Part shown: piece after piece, positions 10,994-20,181 of the stretch
Numbering within the stretch: position 1 is the first letter of the stretch
Layout: every line of letters begins with the position of its first letter
NCBI GenBank assembly: GCA_041674765.1
Contig: JBAYVE010000001.1
Coordinates: 70,177 to 134,176, forward strand
Direction: 5' to 3'
DNA: 64,000 bases
Source: Patescibacteria group bacterium
Lineage (GTDB): Bacteria; Patescibacteriota; UBA1384; XYA2-FULL-43-10; 1-14-0-10-43-13
The notes under the pieces: model-generated
Seen by the model: the letters and a program-made list of their open reading frames with translations, nothing else
Database searches by the model: none
What the model was told of the DNA's origin: nothing
Translations under genes and position numbers: made by a program

Positions 10994-11992
10994 ATGGATC
11001 CGTTGAATTGTTACCGTTATTTAAGGAAAAAAATAAATACTTTTTTGTATAAGAAAAAAGCTATTATTCTATTTTCCAAGCTTAGAAATTGTTCATTTAG
11101 GAACGTTAATGATTTATCTAAAGATATTCCCTTCTCTTATTTCCAGGCATTTACTCCGGAGCAAGTCCCTCAAAATGATTTCTATGGCATTGCTACTAAT
11201 CTAAAAAAGTACGCTGGTATCGAGCCGTCTAGGCGTCTAGAAGCGATTATCGAGCATGGTGTCTATTTTTATTTAGATGCTTCGCCGAACGATCTAAGTT
11301 CTCCTTTTAAGACCTTGATCACTTTCGGCAGTTATCGGGAAAACCGGCTAAAGAAAGCGACTGATCGTAAGATATTTAAAATAGGACCGTATATTCGATA
11401 TGTCGAGCCTTTCTTATCGAAAAAGGAATTTCTTCGAGAAAAAAAACATTTGGGCAAGAATTTGTTAGCTTTCCCTGTACACTCTGATGCTGCTCATCAG
11501 GCCGATTGGGAGATAGAGGAATATTGCGATAAGCTTAAAAAAATACAAAAGGAATATGGCGCCGACTCAATCACAGTATGCCTTTATTGGCGTGATGTTG
11601 TAATGGGAAGGCTTAAACATTTTCAAAAAAAGGGCTTTAATTGTGTCAGCGCCGGCCATCTATATGATCCAATGTTCTTGAGCCGGCTCCGAAGTATAAT
11701 TGAACTCTCTGATTTTACGACCTCAAATCAAATTGGTACTCACTTGGGTTATTGCATTGCCCTTGGTAAACCTCATTATCTTAATAATGAAAAAGTTGCC
11801 TTCGTTAATAAACATAAAGAGGAATATAAACTTGAGGAAAACAACAAAGCTGCAGTCGAACTCAATCAATTTTTTGGCAAGCCTCTGAAGGAGATTACTA
11901 AAGAACAAGAGGAAGCTATCAACAGATATTGGGGTCTCGGGGATCATAAAACCAGAGAGGAATTGGGGGAAATTTTGAGAAAAGTTGTTTAG
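10994..11992 (+). CDS. Hypothetical protein inside the glycan operon (no recognisable motif)
   Basis: ORF only. Embedded between the flippase and nucleotide-sugar genes on the same strand. Confidence 0.3.
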   Translation: MDPLNCYRYLRKKINTFLYKKKAIILFSKLRNCSFRNVNDLSKDIPFSYFQAFTPEQVPQNDFYGIATNLKKYAGIEPSRRLEAIIEHGVYFYLDASPNDLSSPFKTLITFGSYRENRLKKATDRKIFKIGPYIRYVEPFLSKKEFLREKKHLGKNLLAFPVHSDAAHQADWEIEEYCDKLKKIQKEYGADSITVCLYWRDVVMGRLKHFQKKGFNCVSAGHLYDPMFLSRLRSIIELSDFTTSNQIGTHLGYCIALGKPHYLNNEKVAFVNKHKEEYKLEENNKAAVELNQFFGKPLKEITKEQEEAINRYWGLGDHKTREELGEILRKVV

Positions 11993-12068
11993 GCATACGA
12001 GCTTTAATTCTATGGCAATCTATGATATTTTAAGGTTAGCGTGAGTATTAAAATTAAGAGGCTCTAAA

Positions 12069-13067
12069 GTGGATTTATCAAATAGAAAAATTTTTGTAAC
12101 CGGTGCAGGTGGTTTTATCGGTAGTCATTTAGTTGAGGCATTGGTCTTAAAGGGCTGCAAGATTAAGGCATTCGTTCACTACAATTCTTTCAATAGTTGG
12201 GGTTGGTTAGATCATATCGATAAAAAGGTAATGGAGTCGGTTGAAGTTATCTCCGGGGATATCACCGACCCTTTTGGAGTAAAGGAATCGATGAAGGAGT
12301 GTGAGGTTGTATTCCACCTGGCTGCCCTGATAGCTATTCCATACTCCTATCATTCACCTGCTTCCTATGTTGATACAAATATCAAGGGGACTTTGAATGT
12401 TCTACAAGCAGCGAAAGAATTAGGTATTAAAAAGATCATTCATACCTCTACTAGTGAAATATATGGAACAGCTCAATTTGTGCCGATTACCGAGGATCAT
12501 CCGACAAATCCGCAATCACCTTATGCCGCAACCAAATCAGGAGCTGACTTTTTGGCCCTGACTTTTTATCGATCATTCGGTTTGCCCGTAATAGTTGCAC
12601 GGCCGTTTAATACATTTGGGCCAAGGCAATCGGCAAGAGCGATAATCCCAACGATTATTTCTCAAATAGCCTCTGGCAAAAAGGAAATCAAGCTGGGGTC
12701 GTTGCACCCGACCAGAGATTTAAATTATGTAAAAGACACTGCTGATGGTTTTATAGCTTGTGCAGAATCAGATACAGCCACTGGTGAGGTAATCAATCTT
12801 GGCAGAGGCGAAGAGATCTCTATCGGCGATCTGGCAAAGTTAATTGCCAAAATAATGGAAAAGGATATCACTATCATTGCTGACGAAAAAAGACAGCGGC
12901 CTCAAAAAAGTGAAGTAGAAAGGCTTCTTGCTGATAACAAGAAGGCGAAGAATATTCTCCATTGGTCTCCAAAGTATTCCTTCGAGGAAGGACTGATTGA
13001 AACGATCAAGTGGTTTCAGCAGCCAGAAAATCTGGCGATGTACAAACCGGATATTTATAATCTCTAA
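12069..13067 (+). CDS. NAD-dependent epimerase/dehydratase (extended SDR, dTDP-glucose-4,6-dehydratase / UDP-glucuronate decarboxylase-like)
   Basis: VTGAGGFIGSHLVEAL Rossmann motif, YAATK catalytic YxxxK and ~330 aa. GTG start. Confidence 0.75.
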   Translation: MDLSNRKIFVTGAGGFIGSHLVEALVLKGCKIKAFVHYNSFNSWGWLDHIDKKVMESVEVISGDITDPFGVKESMKECEVVFHLAALIAIPYSYHSPASYVDTNIKGTLNVLQAAKELGIKKIIHTSTSEIYGTAQFVPITEDHPTNPQSPYAATKSGADFLALTFYRSFGLPVIVARPFNTFGPRQSARAIIPTIISQIASGKKEIKLGSLHPTRDLNYVKDTADGFIACAESDTATGEVINLGRGEEISIGDLAKLIAKIMEKDITIIADEKRQRPQKSEVERLLADNKKAKNILHWSPKYSFEEGLIETIKWFQQPENLAMYKPDIYNL

Positions 13068-13076
13068 GGAGGAATA

Positions 13077-13772
13077 ATGAAAGCAATACTTTTGGCTGGC
13101 GGGAAAGGAACCAGACTGTTGCCATACACTACTGTTATTCCGAAACCTTTAGTGCCCGTCGGCGATAAGGCGGTTTTGGAAATTCTAATTGGCAGATTGA
13201 AAAAGGCCGGGGTTACAGACATTACTCTCTGTGTAAATCATCTCGCCGAGCTGATTATGGCTTACTTCGGGGATGGAAAGAAATGGGGAGTAAAAATCTC
13301 CTATTCTCTTGAGGCCAAACCATTGCATACAGTTGGCCCCCTGAAGCTCTTAAGCGGCCTTCCGGAGGATTTTTTAGTTATGAACGGTGATCTGCTTACC
13401 GACCTCGATTTTAAAGAGCTTTTTGAATATCACATTTTGAATAAATCTCTTTTGACTTTGGCTACTTATAAGCGCACAGAGAAAATAGATTTGGGCGTGA
13501 TAGAAATAGATGAAAAAAAATTAACAGCTACCGGTTTTAGAGAAAAGCCAGAGATGAATTTCAATGTTAGCATGGGTGTTTATGTCTTAAATAAAAAAGT
13601 TCTTGATTTTGTCCCTGGAGATACTTTCTTCGGTTTTGACGATTTGATGCATACCTTATTAGAGAGGGAGCAGACGATCAAAACGTTTCCTTTTGAAGGG
13701 TATTGGTTGGATATCGGCCGACCGGATGATTATGAGAGAGCTAATAATGATATTAAGAAGTTGGACTTATAG
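13077..13772 (+). CDS. Sugar-phosphate nucleotidyltransferase (glucose-1-phosphate cytidylyl/thymidylyltransferase-like)
   Basis: MKAILLAGGKGTRLLPYTTVIPKPLVPVGDKAVLEILI, the canonical NTP-transferase G-loop. Confidence 0.75.
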   Translation: MKAILLAGGKGTRLLPYTTVIPKPLVPVGDKAVLEILIGRLKKAGVTDITLCVNHLAELIMAYFGDGKKWGVKISYSLEAKPLHTVGPLKLLSGLPEDFLVMNGDLLTDLDFKELFEYHILNKSLLTLATYKRTEKIDLGVIEIDEKKLTATGFREKPEMNFNVSMGVYVLNKKVLDFVPGDTFFGFDDLMHTLLEREQTIKTFPFEGYWLDIGRPDDYERANNDIKKLDL

Positions 13773-13773
13773 A

Positions 13774-14718
13774 ATGAAGAAGATATTAGTGCTGGGAGCA
13801 ACTAGCTATATTGCCAGTTTCTATATAAAAGAAATTTGTAGAGAGAACAAAGTTATCGGTTTGTCGATGGATGATAAAAAAATGTCATTTGATACTGATG
13901 AAAAAGAACTAACGTTAATTTCAAATTTTGACTACTCGACAATTTCCATAAAAGGTATTCTTGAGCAATATAAGCCTGATCAGATCATCAATTTCATTGG
14001 TGTAAAAAACGCCCCAAATATCATAAAGGATCAATTTGATTTTTTTTATCAAGCAAATTGCGGTATAACAGCCAGACTTTTTGAAGCTATTCATGAGATA
14101 GCTGATTACCATCCCAAGATAATGCTTATGGGAAGTGCCTCTGAATATGGCGTGTCGAAGCCAGCCGGATTTTACTCTGAAGATTCCCCCTGTCTGCCAG
14201 ACTCTTTCTACGGATTAACAAAAATAATGCAAACCAAAGTTGGTTTATTTTATTCACGTAATTTCAACGATAAAATCTACATTTTTAGACCTTCGACAGT
14301 TCTTGGACCCAATGCTCCAACCGGTCTATTTTTCTCAGATATTGTGACCAAGCTTAAAAAAGGAGAGAGTAAAATTAGTGTATATAATTTAAGCTCAACT
14401 AGGGACTATGTTGGTATCGATGATTTAATTACCGCTATTGTTAAAATAAGCAGCAGTGAGTGTAAGGGTGGTATCTACAATATTTCTTCAGGAAAAGGAA
14501 GTACGCTTGCCGAAGTTGCAGGTTTAATAAAAAACTATTTTTGGGAGAGATTGAGAAAAAAAATCGAGTTTATCGAAACAGATCCTTTGGATAACTCAAA
14601 AATAAATTCATCTATATTAGACAACAGCAAACTTAAAGAAAGCACGGCTTTTATGCCAGAGTCAGACCTAAAGAGGATAATTTATTCAGCTCTAGAAGTA
14701 GATTTTGATAAAAGATAA
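13774..14718 (+). CDS. NAD-dependent epimerase/dehydratase family protein
   Basis: An internal ATG at 13774 (MKKILVLGATSYIASFY, Rossmann-like) lies 1 nt after the upstream stop. The longer listed ORF (13693) would overlap the preceding gene by 80 nt. Confidence 0.55.
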   Translation: MKKILVLGATSYIASFYIKEICRENKVIGLSMDDKKMSFDTDEKELTLISNFDYSTISIKGILEQYKPDQIINFIGVKNAPNIIKDQFDFFYQANCGITARLFEAIHEIADYHPKIMLMGSASEYGVSKPAGFYSEDSPCLPDSFYGLTKIMQTKVGLFYSRNFNDKIYIFRPSTVLGPNAPTGLFFSDIVTKLKKGESKISVYNLSSTRDYVGIDDLITAIVKISSSECKGGIYNISSGKGSTLAEVAGLIKNYFWERLRKKIEFIETDPLDNSKINSSILDNSKLKESTAFMPESDLKRIIYSALEVDFDKR

Positions 14719-15639
14719 CTAATTCCTGTAGGTCTCAATCCATTTCGGAATGATGTTTTCCCAGTAAAATTCTTGGCACTTCATCCCTTGAAGCTGACCA
14801 TATTTTTCACGTAGTTCTTCTGAGCTGATCAGAGATGAGAGTACTTCCGTATAATCTTTGTTGTTATTGACCAATAAATCATTTGTTTTGCTATCAAACA
14901 TGTCCTTTGTGCCACCTACATTGTTGGAAATCACAGGAATGCCTCTCGACATTGTCTCGAGGAGGGCGATACTAAAGACATCTTGATGAGAAAAATAGGT
15001 AAAAATATCAATTTTTTGGTAAAAATCTTCCTTATCACAAAAACCTAGGAATTCACAGTCGATGCCGGTCTTTATAACTTCCGCTTTGATTCTGTCAAAG
15101 TAGATGCCGGGATTGCCGCCAATCAATAACTTGACTTTGCCATCAAGAGTTTTCACTATTTCCGCAAGGTCTATTAATCCTCTCGCTTTGTTTAGGAAAC
15201 TAAAACCGGTAAGAATTCCCAAAGTTGGCCTATCTCCTTTTAAGTGATAGTCGGTCTTGGTCCATGTAGGAGTCTCGATCCCGTTTGGAATTATCATGGC
15301 TTTTTTTAGCTGTAGCTTTTCCTGTAAAAATCTACATGGTACCGTCACTGTATCTGCCTGTGAGATAGCAAAAGGATAAAGTTTAGACCAAATAAGATGT
15401 TCCTCGGTAAAAATTCCCTGGAGAGTCAATATATACTTACCCCTAAGCGGGTGAGAAAAGGGCAGGGTTGAGTGAGTAACGCCGGTACGGAATGGTTGGA
15501 GGAAATATCCTGGGAGAGTGTCGATTACTTTATTATCAATTCTTAGTTTAGAGAGTTCATTGGAAAGCTGTAGTGCCCAAACTTTAACCCCACCACCACT
15601 CAAAGTCGAATAGATATTTACTTTATCTGTCTTGGTCAT
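14719..15639 (-). CDS. Glycosyltransferase family 4 (GT-B, GT1-fold) protein, short form
   Basis: C-terminal GIPVISNNVGGTKDMF...E motif region typical of retaining GT4 enzymes. Confidence 0.6.
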   Translation of the reverse strand: MTKTDKVNIYSTLSGGGVKVWALQLSNELSKLRIDNKVIDTLPGYFLQPFRTGVTHSTLPFSHPLRGKYILTLQGIFTEEHLIWSKLYPFAISQADTVTVPCRFLQEKLQLKKAMIIPNGIETPTWTKTDYHLKGDRPTLGILTGFSFLNKARGLIDLAEIVKTLDGKVKLLIGGNPGIYFDRIKAEVIKTGIDCEFLGFCDKEDFYQKIDIFTYFSHQDVFSIALLETMSRGIPVISNNVGGTKDMFDSKTNDLLVNNNKDYTEVLSSLISSEELREKYGQLQGMKCQEFYWENIIPKWIETYRN

Positions 15640-17699
15640 TTACTGTATTTCCAAATTGTTACGCCATCGCTATTATAAACTTTACTAAACAACGGCGAGT
15701 TGTTAAATTTGTTCAAGTCAGCTCCATAGTAGTTGTAACTCCGCCACCAACTTCTTTTGCCATATAATAGTGATTTAAATTTATTCTCGGAATATAGAAT
15801 ATAAACAGGTCTGACAGCTTTATTTTCAGTTGCATATTTGAGTTTTTCTTGATAATCGACAATATATGATTTGATGTTTTCTAATTCTTGATTAATTTGG
15901 TTATTTGAAATATTATTTGCCGAGTCACTCAAGTCATTGATCAAATTTTTCTTTATATCCTTTATCATATCGTTCTGATCTGTCATCTCAACCGAATTAA
16001 TATAATTATTGTCGGTCACAGATGACAGAAAGAAAGCATCTGAAGGAGAATTGATTGTTCTTTCAGCGAAGTATTCGATCAGTTGTTTATTACCGCCCTG
16101 ACTAATAAATATTGCATTTTCGGGGGTTTGATTTTCGATGAATTTAACAGATTTGTATTCCTCTTTTGTAACCCAGCCTTGTTTGAAATAAGTAACCGAG
16201 GCAGGGATGAGAATGGAAAAACCAATCAAAAAAATAATGGCCAATTTAACTTTCACTGATAAATTTTTTGGCCAGAGAGCCTTTAGGATGTGAGGTATAA
16301 AAAAACAAAGCATTAAGGAAACAAAAAGCCAGGCTCGATCAGGCAAATAAGCAAATCCAAGACGGGGGAAAACTTCCGCAACGGAAAAAAAGATAGCAAA
16401 GACAAAAAGATATAACCAATTTTCAGCAAAGTTAAAATTAACCCTCGCTTTTTTCCAAATCCAAAGAGCAATAAAAATGAGGGGAGCAATACCTAAATTA
16501 TAGCCATAATAATAAATTTGAGAAATGCCCGGCCAGCCGACTTGGTTGCCATCAGCATTTGTATAATGATCAATAAACCAAAGATCAATATTCGGGTGCA
16601 GTATGTGTTGTGTGAAGATACGAATATACCAATTAAAAAGTGGTAATATTCCCGAGTCCTTTAACCAGGGCAGTGTGGAAAAAATTAAAAATGCCAATAC
16701 AATTAGAGATTCCAATGGGTATCTTTTAGCCTTGGGCCAAAAGAAGTATAGAGCCGCCAAAAGTTCAGTTACAATAAGGAAAAGAAAAAACTCATGGATT
16801 TTGACTCCTATTAGGGTCAGTAGAATTAGAAGTAATAGCCAATAAGCGTTGATTAAATTATCCCTTTTTTTCAGAAGTTGAGAGGTTAGGTAAACGAAAG
16901 GAGCTAAGGTAAAAAAGAAGAGAGATTGGGGCCTTGTAATCAGAGCTTCTACTGTAATAATAGGAAAAAGAAAAGGGGTAAGAGTGCAAAGGATTAAGAG
17001 AAGATTTTGTTTGGGCAATATTTTTCTGGCAAAAAGATAGGCAGTTAGGGGCATTGCTAGTCCGAGAAAGGGAACTACTATTTTAAAGAGATGATAGGAG
17101 GGTATGCTGGTAATCGAAGAAAAGGACCAGCAGAATGATAAAAAAAGAGATCTGGAATCTGGTGCCAAATTTCCAGTTTTTCCGATAGTATCTAACTTAA
17201 CTAAGTATGTGTAAGGATCGGCTTCGGGCAAAAAACTGTAAAGGGAAAAATTTATGACCAGCAAGAATACGCTGATTCCGAGAGAGATAAAAAGAAATTT
17301 ATGCTTAGAAAAATCTTTAGCTTTTACTTTTAACTCGGAGATAGGATTTTTTTTCCAAAAAAAGATGAGAAGATAGAATATTAGCGAAGTTATCAGCCAA
17401 ATACCAAGAGAAGACAGGGTCGAGTACAGATTAAAATCGACCCCACGTAAAAGAATGATCGAGTAGATTACCGCCGGAGTTAGAATTAACCCGATTATGT
17501 AGGCCCAAAGCAAGAGTAAAATCTTGCCTTGTTTCATATTTGTAATTTGTTCAAACGCAAGAGCAATATTTAAGCCAGGCAGAAAAAATACGAGAGCACC
17601 TGCAATAAAGGAAATATAGGGGAATCCTATTAAAGAAAGAAGATGACTCACAAAATATAGAGTGACAATAGCTAGATTCAATTTGAGTGCGTTTCTCAT
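15636..17699 (-). CDS. Large polytopic membrane protein with C-terminal extracytoplasmic domain; candidate GT-C-fold glycosyltransferase (YfhO/ArnT-like)
   Basis: 687 aa with >12 hydrophobic helices followed by a ~200-aa soluble tail. Sits with the GT2 and small membrane protein just downstream on the same strand. Confidence 0.4.
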   Translation of the reverse strand: MRNALKLNLAIVTLYFVSHLLSLIGFPYISFIAGALVFFLPGLNIALAFEQITNMKQGKILLLLWAYIIGLILTPAVIYSIILLRGVDFNLYSTLSSLGIWLITSLIFYLLIFFWKKNPISELKVKAKDFSKHKFLFISLGISVFLLVINFSLYSFLPEADPYTYLVKLDTIGKTGNLAPDSRSLFLSFCWSFSSITSIPSYHLFKIVVPFLGLAMPLTAYLFARKILPKQNLLLILCTLTPFLFPIITVEALITRPQSLFFFTLAPFVYLTSQLLKKRDNLINAYWLLLLILLTLIGVKIHEFFLFLIVTELLAALYFFWPKAKRYPLESLIVLAFLIFSTLPWLKDSGILPLFNWYIRIFTQHILHPNIDLWFIDHYTNADGNQVGWPGISQIYYYGYNLGIAPLIFIALWIWKKARVNFNFAENWLYLFVFAIFFSVAEVFPRLGFAYLPDRAWLFVSLMLCFFIPHILKALWPKNLSVKVKLAIIFLIGFSILIPASVTYFKQGWVTKEEYKSVKFIENQTPENAIFISQGGNKQLIEYFAERTINSPSDAFFLSSVTDNNYINSVEMTDQNDMIKDIKKNLINDLSDSANNISNNQINQELENIKSYIVDYQEKLKYATENKAVRPVYILYSENKFKSLLYGKRSWWRSYNYYGADLNKFNNSPLFSKVYNSDGVTIWKYSK

Positions 17700-18802
17700 T
17701 TATTTACTTCCTTTTCTAATGCCAAAATATTATGGTCCCAATCGAATTTGTCCTCGATGGTTTTTTTAATTTCCTGCCCGAACATTTTACGTAGGTTGGA
17801 ATTTTCAACCAGTCTCTTCATCGATGCCACAAGCTCCTCCTGTTTTCCGGGTTCAAACAAAAAACCATTTTTACCATTATCAATGATTTCATCAGTACCG
17901 CCGGTGTTCGAAGCTATCACCGCCAATCCTGATGCGCCCGCCTCTAAAAGAGAGGTTGGCAAACCTTCGGAGTAAGAAGGATTAACAAAAATGTCATTTT
18001 CAGCAAGAATTGTTTTAATTTCACTGAAACTCTTCTCGCCTAAGAATGTAATTCGAGCATCATCAGTGGCCAGATCGGCTAACTCATTCCTATAGTTACC
18101 TTCACCAACAATTGTCAACCTCAACTTATCATTTTTGATCTTTTTTAGGGCACGGATAAGATCCTGAACTCCTTTAGCCTCAATCAGTCTACCAATAAAA
18201 ATTATACCAATAAAATTGGATGCTGTCTTTCTCTGACTCAAGAAAACATTACTATCTACTGAATTATAAACGACTTTGACCTTTTTCCCACCCAACCTTT
18301 TTGAGAAATCGGCTGCTGCTTTTGAAATAGCGAGATGGCGATCTGCAAGAAGAAAAACTAATCGTCCCAAAGTATAGTCATAAAATTTCGCTAATAATCT
18401 TGTCCCAGTATTTACCAATTTTGGATGACAGGTTCCATGCTCAATGTGAATTGACGGCACTTTGAACTTTTTAGAGTAAATAAGCGCAATCAGGGTCAGC
18501 GGAAAAAATCGGGTGTTGGTGACGATCTTATCAGGTTTATCTCTAAAGAGCTTTGTTAGAACCAGGTGATTTTGGCGGTTTAATATCGGGTAGGGAAAAG
18601 TGCCGCGGAGAATATTTTTCGACTCCAACCTGATTACTCTAATACTATTTAGCGTTTCCTCAGCCGGTTCGTTATCAAATTTTGATGCCACGACAGTCAC
18701 AGCATGGCCGAGTCGTGCTAGCCGATTAGAAATTTCTAAACAATAATTTTCTAAGCCGCCCGTATGCGGATAGAAGTATGGTGAAAAAACTATTAATTTC
18801 AT
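17696..18802 (-). CDS. Glycosyltransferase family 4 (GT1 fold)
   Basis: GLPTSLLEAGASGLAVIASNTGGTDEII...GFLFEP (EX7E-type motif). 368 aa. Confidence 0.8.
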   Translation of the reverse strand: MKLIVFSPYFYPHTGGLENYCLEISNRLARLGHAVTVVASKFDNEPAEETLNSIRVIRLESKNILRGTFPYPILNRQNHLVLTKLFRDKPDKIVTNTRFFPLTLIALIYSKKFKVPSIHIEHGTCHPKLVNTGTRLLAKFYDYTLGRLVFLLADRHLAISKAAADFSKRLGGKKVKVVYNSVDSNVFLSQRKTASNFIGIIFIGRLIEAKGVQDLIRALKKIKNDKLRLTIVGEGNYRNELADLATDDARITFLGEKSFSEIKTILAENDIFVNPSYSEGLPTSLLEAGASGLAVIASNTGGTDEIIDNGKNGFLFEPGKQEELVASMKRLVENSNLRKMFGQEIKKTIEDKFDWDHNILALEKEVNK

Positions 18803-19141
18803 TTATTCTTTATCTAGATCCTTTATACCAATTTTTATAACAATATCTTTGATATTCTGCTCCAACCGATGAACTTTTGTATGCAAACGGTATGTCACAA
18901 AAAACAAAAACACAAATGCAATCCCCAGAAAGGTTCCAGCTCCGGCATTTGGTTCTCCAATCCTTTCGGTGATCTGAAGCAGTACTCCCGGTCTCAGCGC
19001 CACATATACAATACAAAGCCAAGCCCCAGTCCAGAGAATAAAGGCGGTTAAATTTTCATAATGTTTCTGGTAGTCAAGATAGGTTTTAGAAATAACTAAA
19101 CCGGCCAATAAAATGGCGACAAATTTCGATAAAAAAATCAT
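18803..19141 (-). CDS. Small 3-4 TM membrane protein (GtrA/DUF2304-like) coupled to the GT2
   Basis: 112 aa and hydrophobic. Its start overlaps the stop of the upstream GT2 (4-nt overlap). Confidence 0.4.
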   Translation of the reverse strand: MIFLSKFVAILLAGLVISKTYLDYQKHYENLTAFILWTGAWLCIVYVALRPGVLLQITERIGEPNAGAGTFLGIAFVFLFFVTYRLHTKVHRLEQNIKDIVIKIGIKDLDKE

Positions 19142-19827
19142 TTTTTCCCTGTTAACTTTATTGTTAGTAGTCTAGTTAAAACATTTACGCCGTTAATCCA
19201 ATTTTGTCCTTTTCTTTTAGAATAATGGGTGTAAATAGTTTCGATAGGCACTTCGCACATCCTTAATCTTGTTCTTCTAACCTCCCCGATAATTTCTGAA
19301 GATATTTCATATCCCAAGGAGTGCAGATTGAATTTAGACAAAGCAATTTTATCATATGCCCGAAGTCCTGATTGAGTGTCCGTGGACCAGATGTGAAAAA
19401 TAAAAACAGTTATGAAATTCATTACCCAATTGCCAAAAATTTTTATCCCTGGCATTCCTTTGGTATTTAGCATCCTTGTGCCGATAACAACATTTGCCTC
19501 TCCGCGCACGATTGGTTCCACCAAAAGGTGAATATCCTTTGGATTATGTTGTCCATCGGCATCAATGGTTACGGCTATGTCTGCTCCAATTTTCTTAGCG
19601 GCCTCAAATCCAGTGCACAAAGCAGCACCGACGCCTAGGTTAATAATATGCTTTGCGATGCAGGAGGTATATTTTCTGGCTACTTCAAAAGTACGATCGG
19701 TTGATCCGTCATCAATAACAATCGAAATAATTGATTCTATTCCTTTAAATTTCTTAGGTAACGAGGCCAAGACTTTCCCTATAGTCTTCTCCTCATTATA
19801 GGCAGGGATAATTACAGCTAGTTTCAT
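19138..19827 (-). CDS. Glycosyltransferase family 2 (polyprenyl-phosphate sugar transferase, DPM1/GtrB-like)
   Basis: MKLAVIIPAYNEEKTIGKVL...VIDDGSTDRT...TIDADGQH, the classic GT2 DXD/DAD architecture. Confidence 0.8.
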   Translation of the reverse strand: MKLAVIIPAYNEEKTIGKVLASLPKKFKGIESIISIVIDDGSTDRTFEVARKYTSCIAKHIINLGVGAALCTGFEAAKKIGADIAVTIDADGQHNPKDIHLLVEPIVRGEANVVIGTRMLNTKGMPGIKIFGNWVMNFITVFIFHIWSTDTQSGLRAYDKIALSKFNLHSLGYEISSEIIGEVRRTRLRMCEVPIETIYTHYSKRKGQNWINGVNVLTRLLTIKLTGKK

Positions 19828-19895
19828 AAAATATTTTTTCCTTAACTATCTTTGTTATATCAAAAACGATGATTAGAAACAACAAAAATAATATA

Positions 19896-19924
19896 TTGAC
19901 TCAAAAGCGTTCTATTGATAAACT
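19896..19924 (+). promoter_or_regulatory. Sigma70-like promoter (TTGACT - 17 nt - TAAACT) driving the metK leader
   Basis: Seen in sequence: TTGACTcaaaagcgttctattgaTAAACT. It lies ~20 nt upstream of the putative riboswitch. Confidence 0.4.
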
Positions 19925-19943
19925 CAAAAAGTAGAAAAACTAA

Positions 19944-20147
19944 ATATTATCAAGAGTGGTGTTATCCTGCCCAAGGAGGCGGGACGGTCAGTCAGACCGG
20001 GGAGTTGGCCCGATGATCACCCAGCAGCTTGCCCTTATCTTGCAACTAGTAACGCGAGATCACGGTAAAGTGCTAAATCCAAGCCCCCATTTCATATTTT
20101 GTGGGCAAGATAAAAAAACTGTCTTGCCATTAGGCAGGATTTTTTTT
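19944..20147 (+). ncRNA. Probable SAM-I (S-box) riboswitch with intrinsic terminator, leader of metK
   Basis: The elements occur in the order expected for a SAM-I aptamer. They are TATTATC-AAGAGTGGTG (P1 5' side plus junction), GGAGGCGGGAC (kink-turn region), TGGCCCGATGATCACCCAGCAGC (P3), GGTAAAGTGCTAAATCC (P4 side), and AGATAAA closing P1. A hairpin TCTTGCC-ATTA-GGCAGGA followed by T8 then sits directly 5' of metK. Extra inserted hairpins make it atypical. Confidence 0.5.
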
Positions 20148-20181
20148 AATCATATATTTTTTAAAGAAAGAGGAGATCAGA

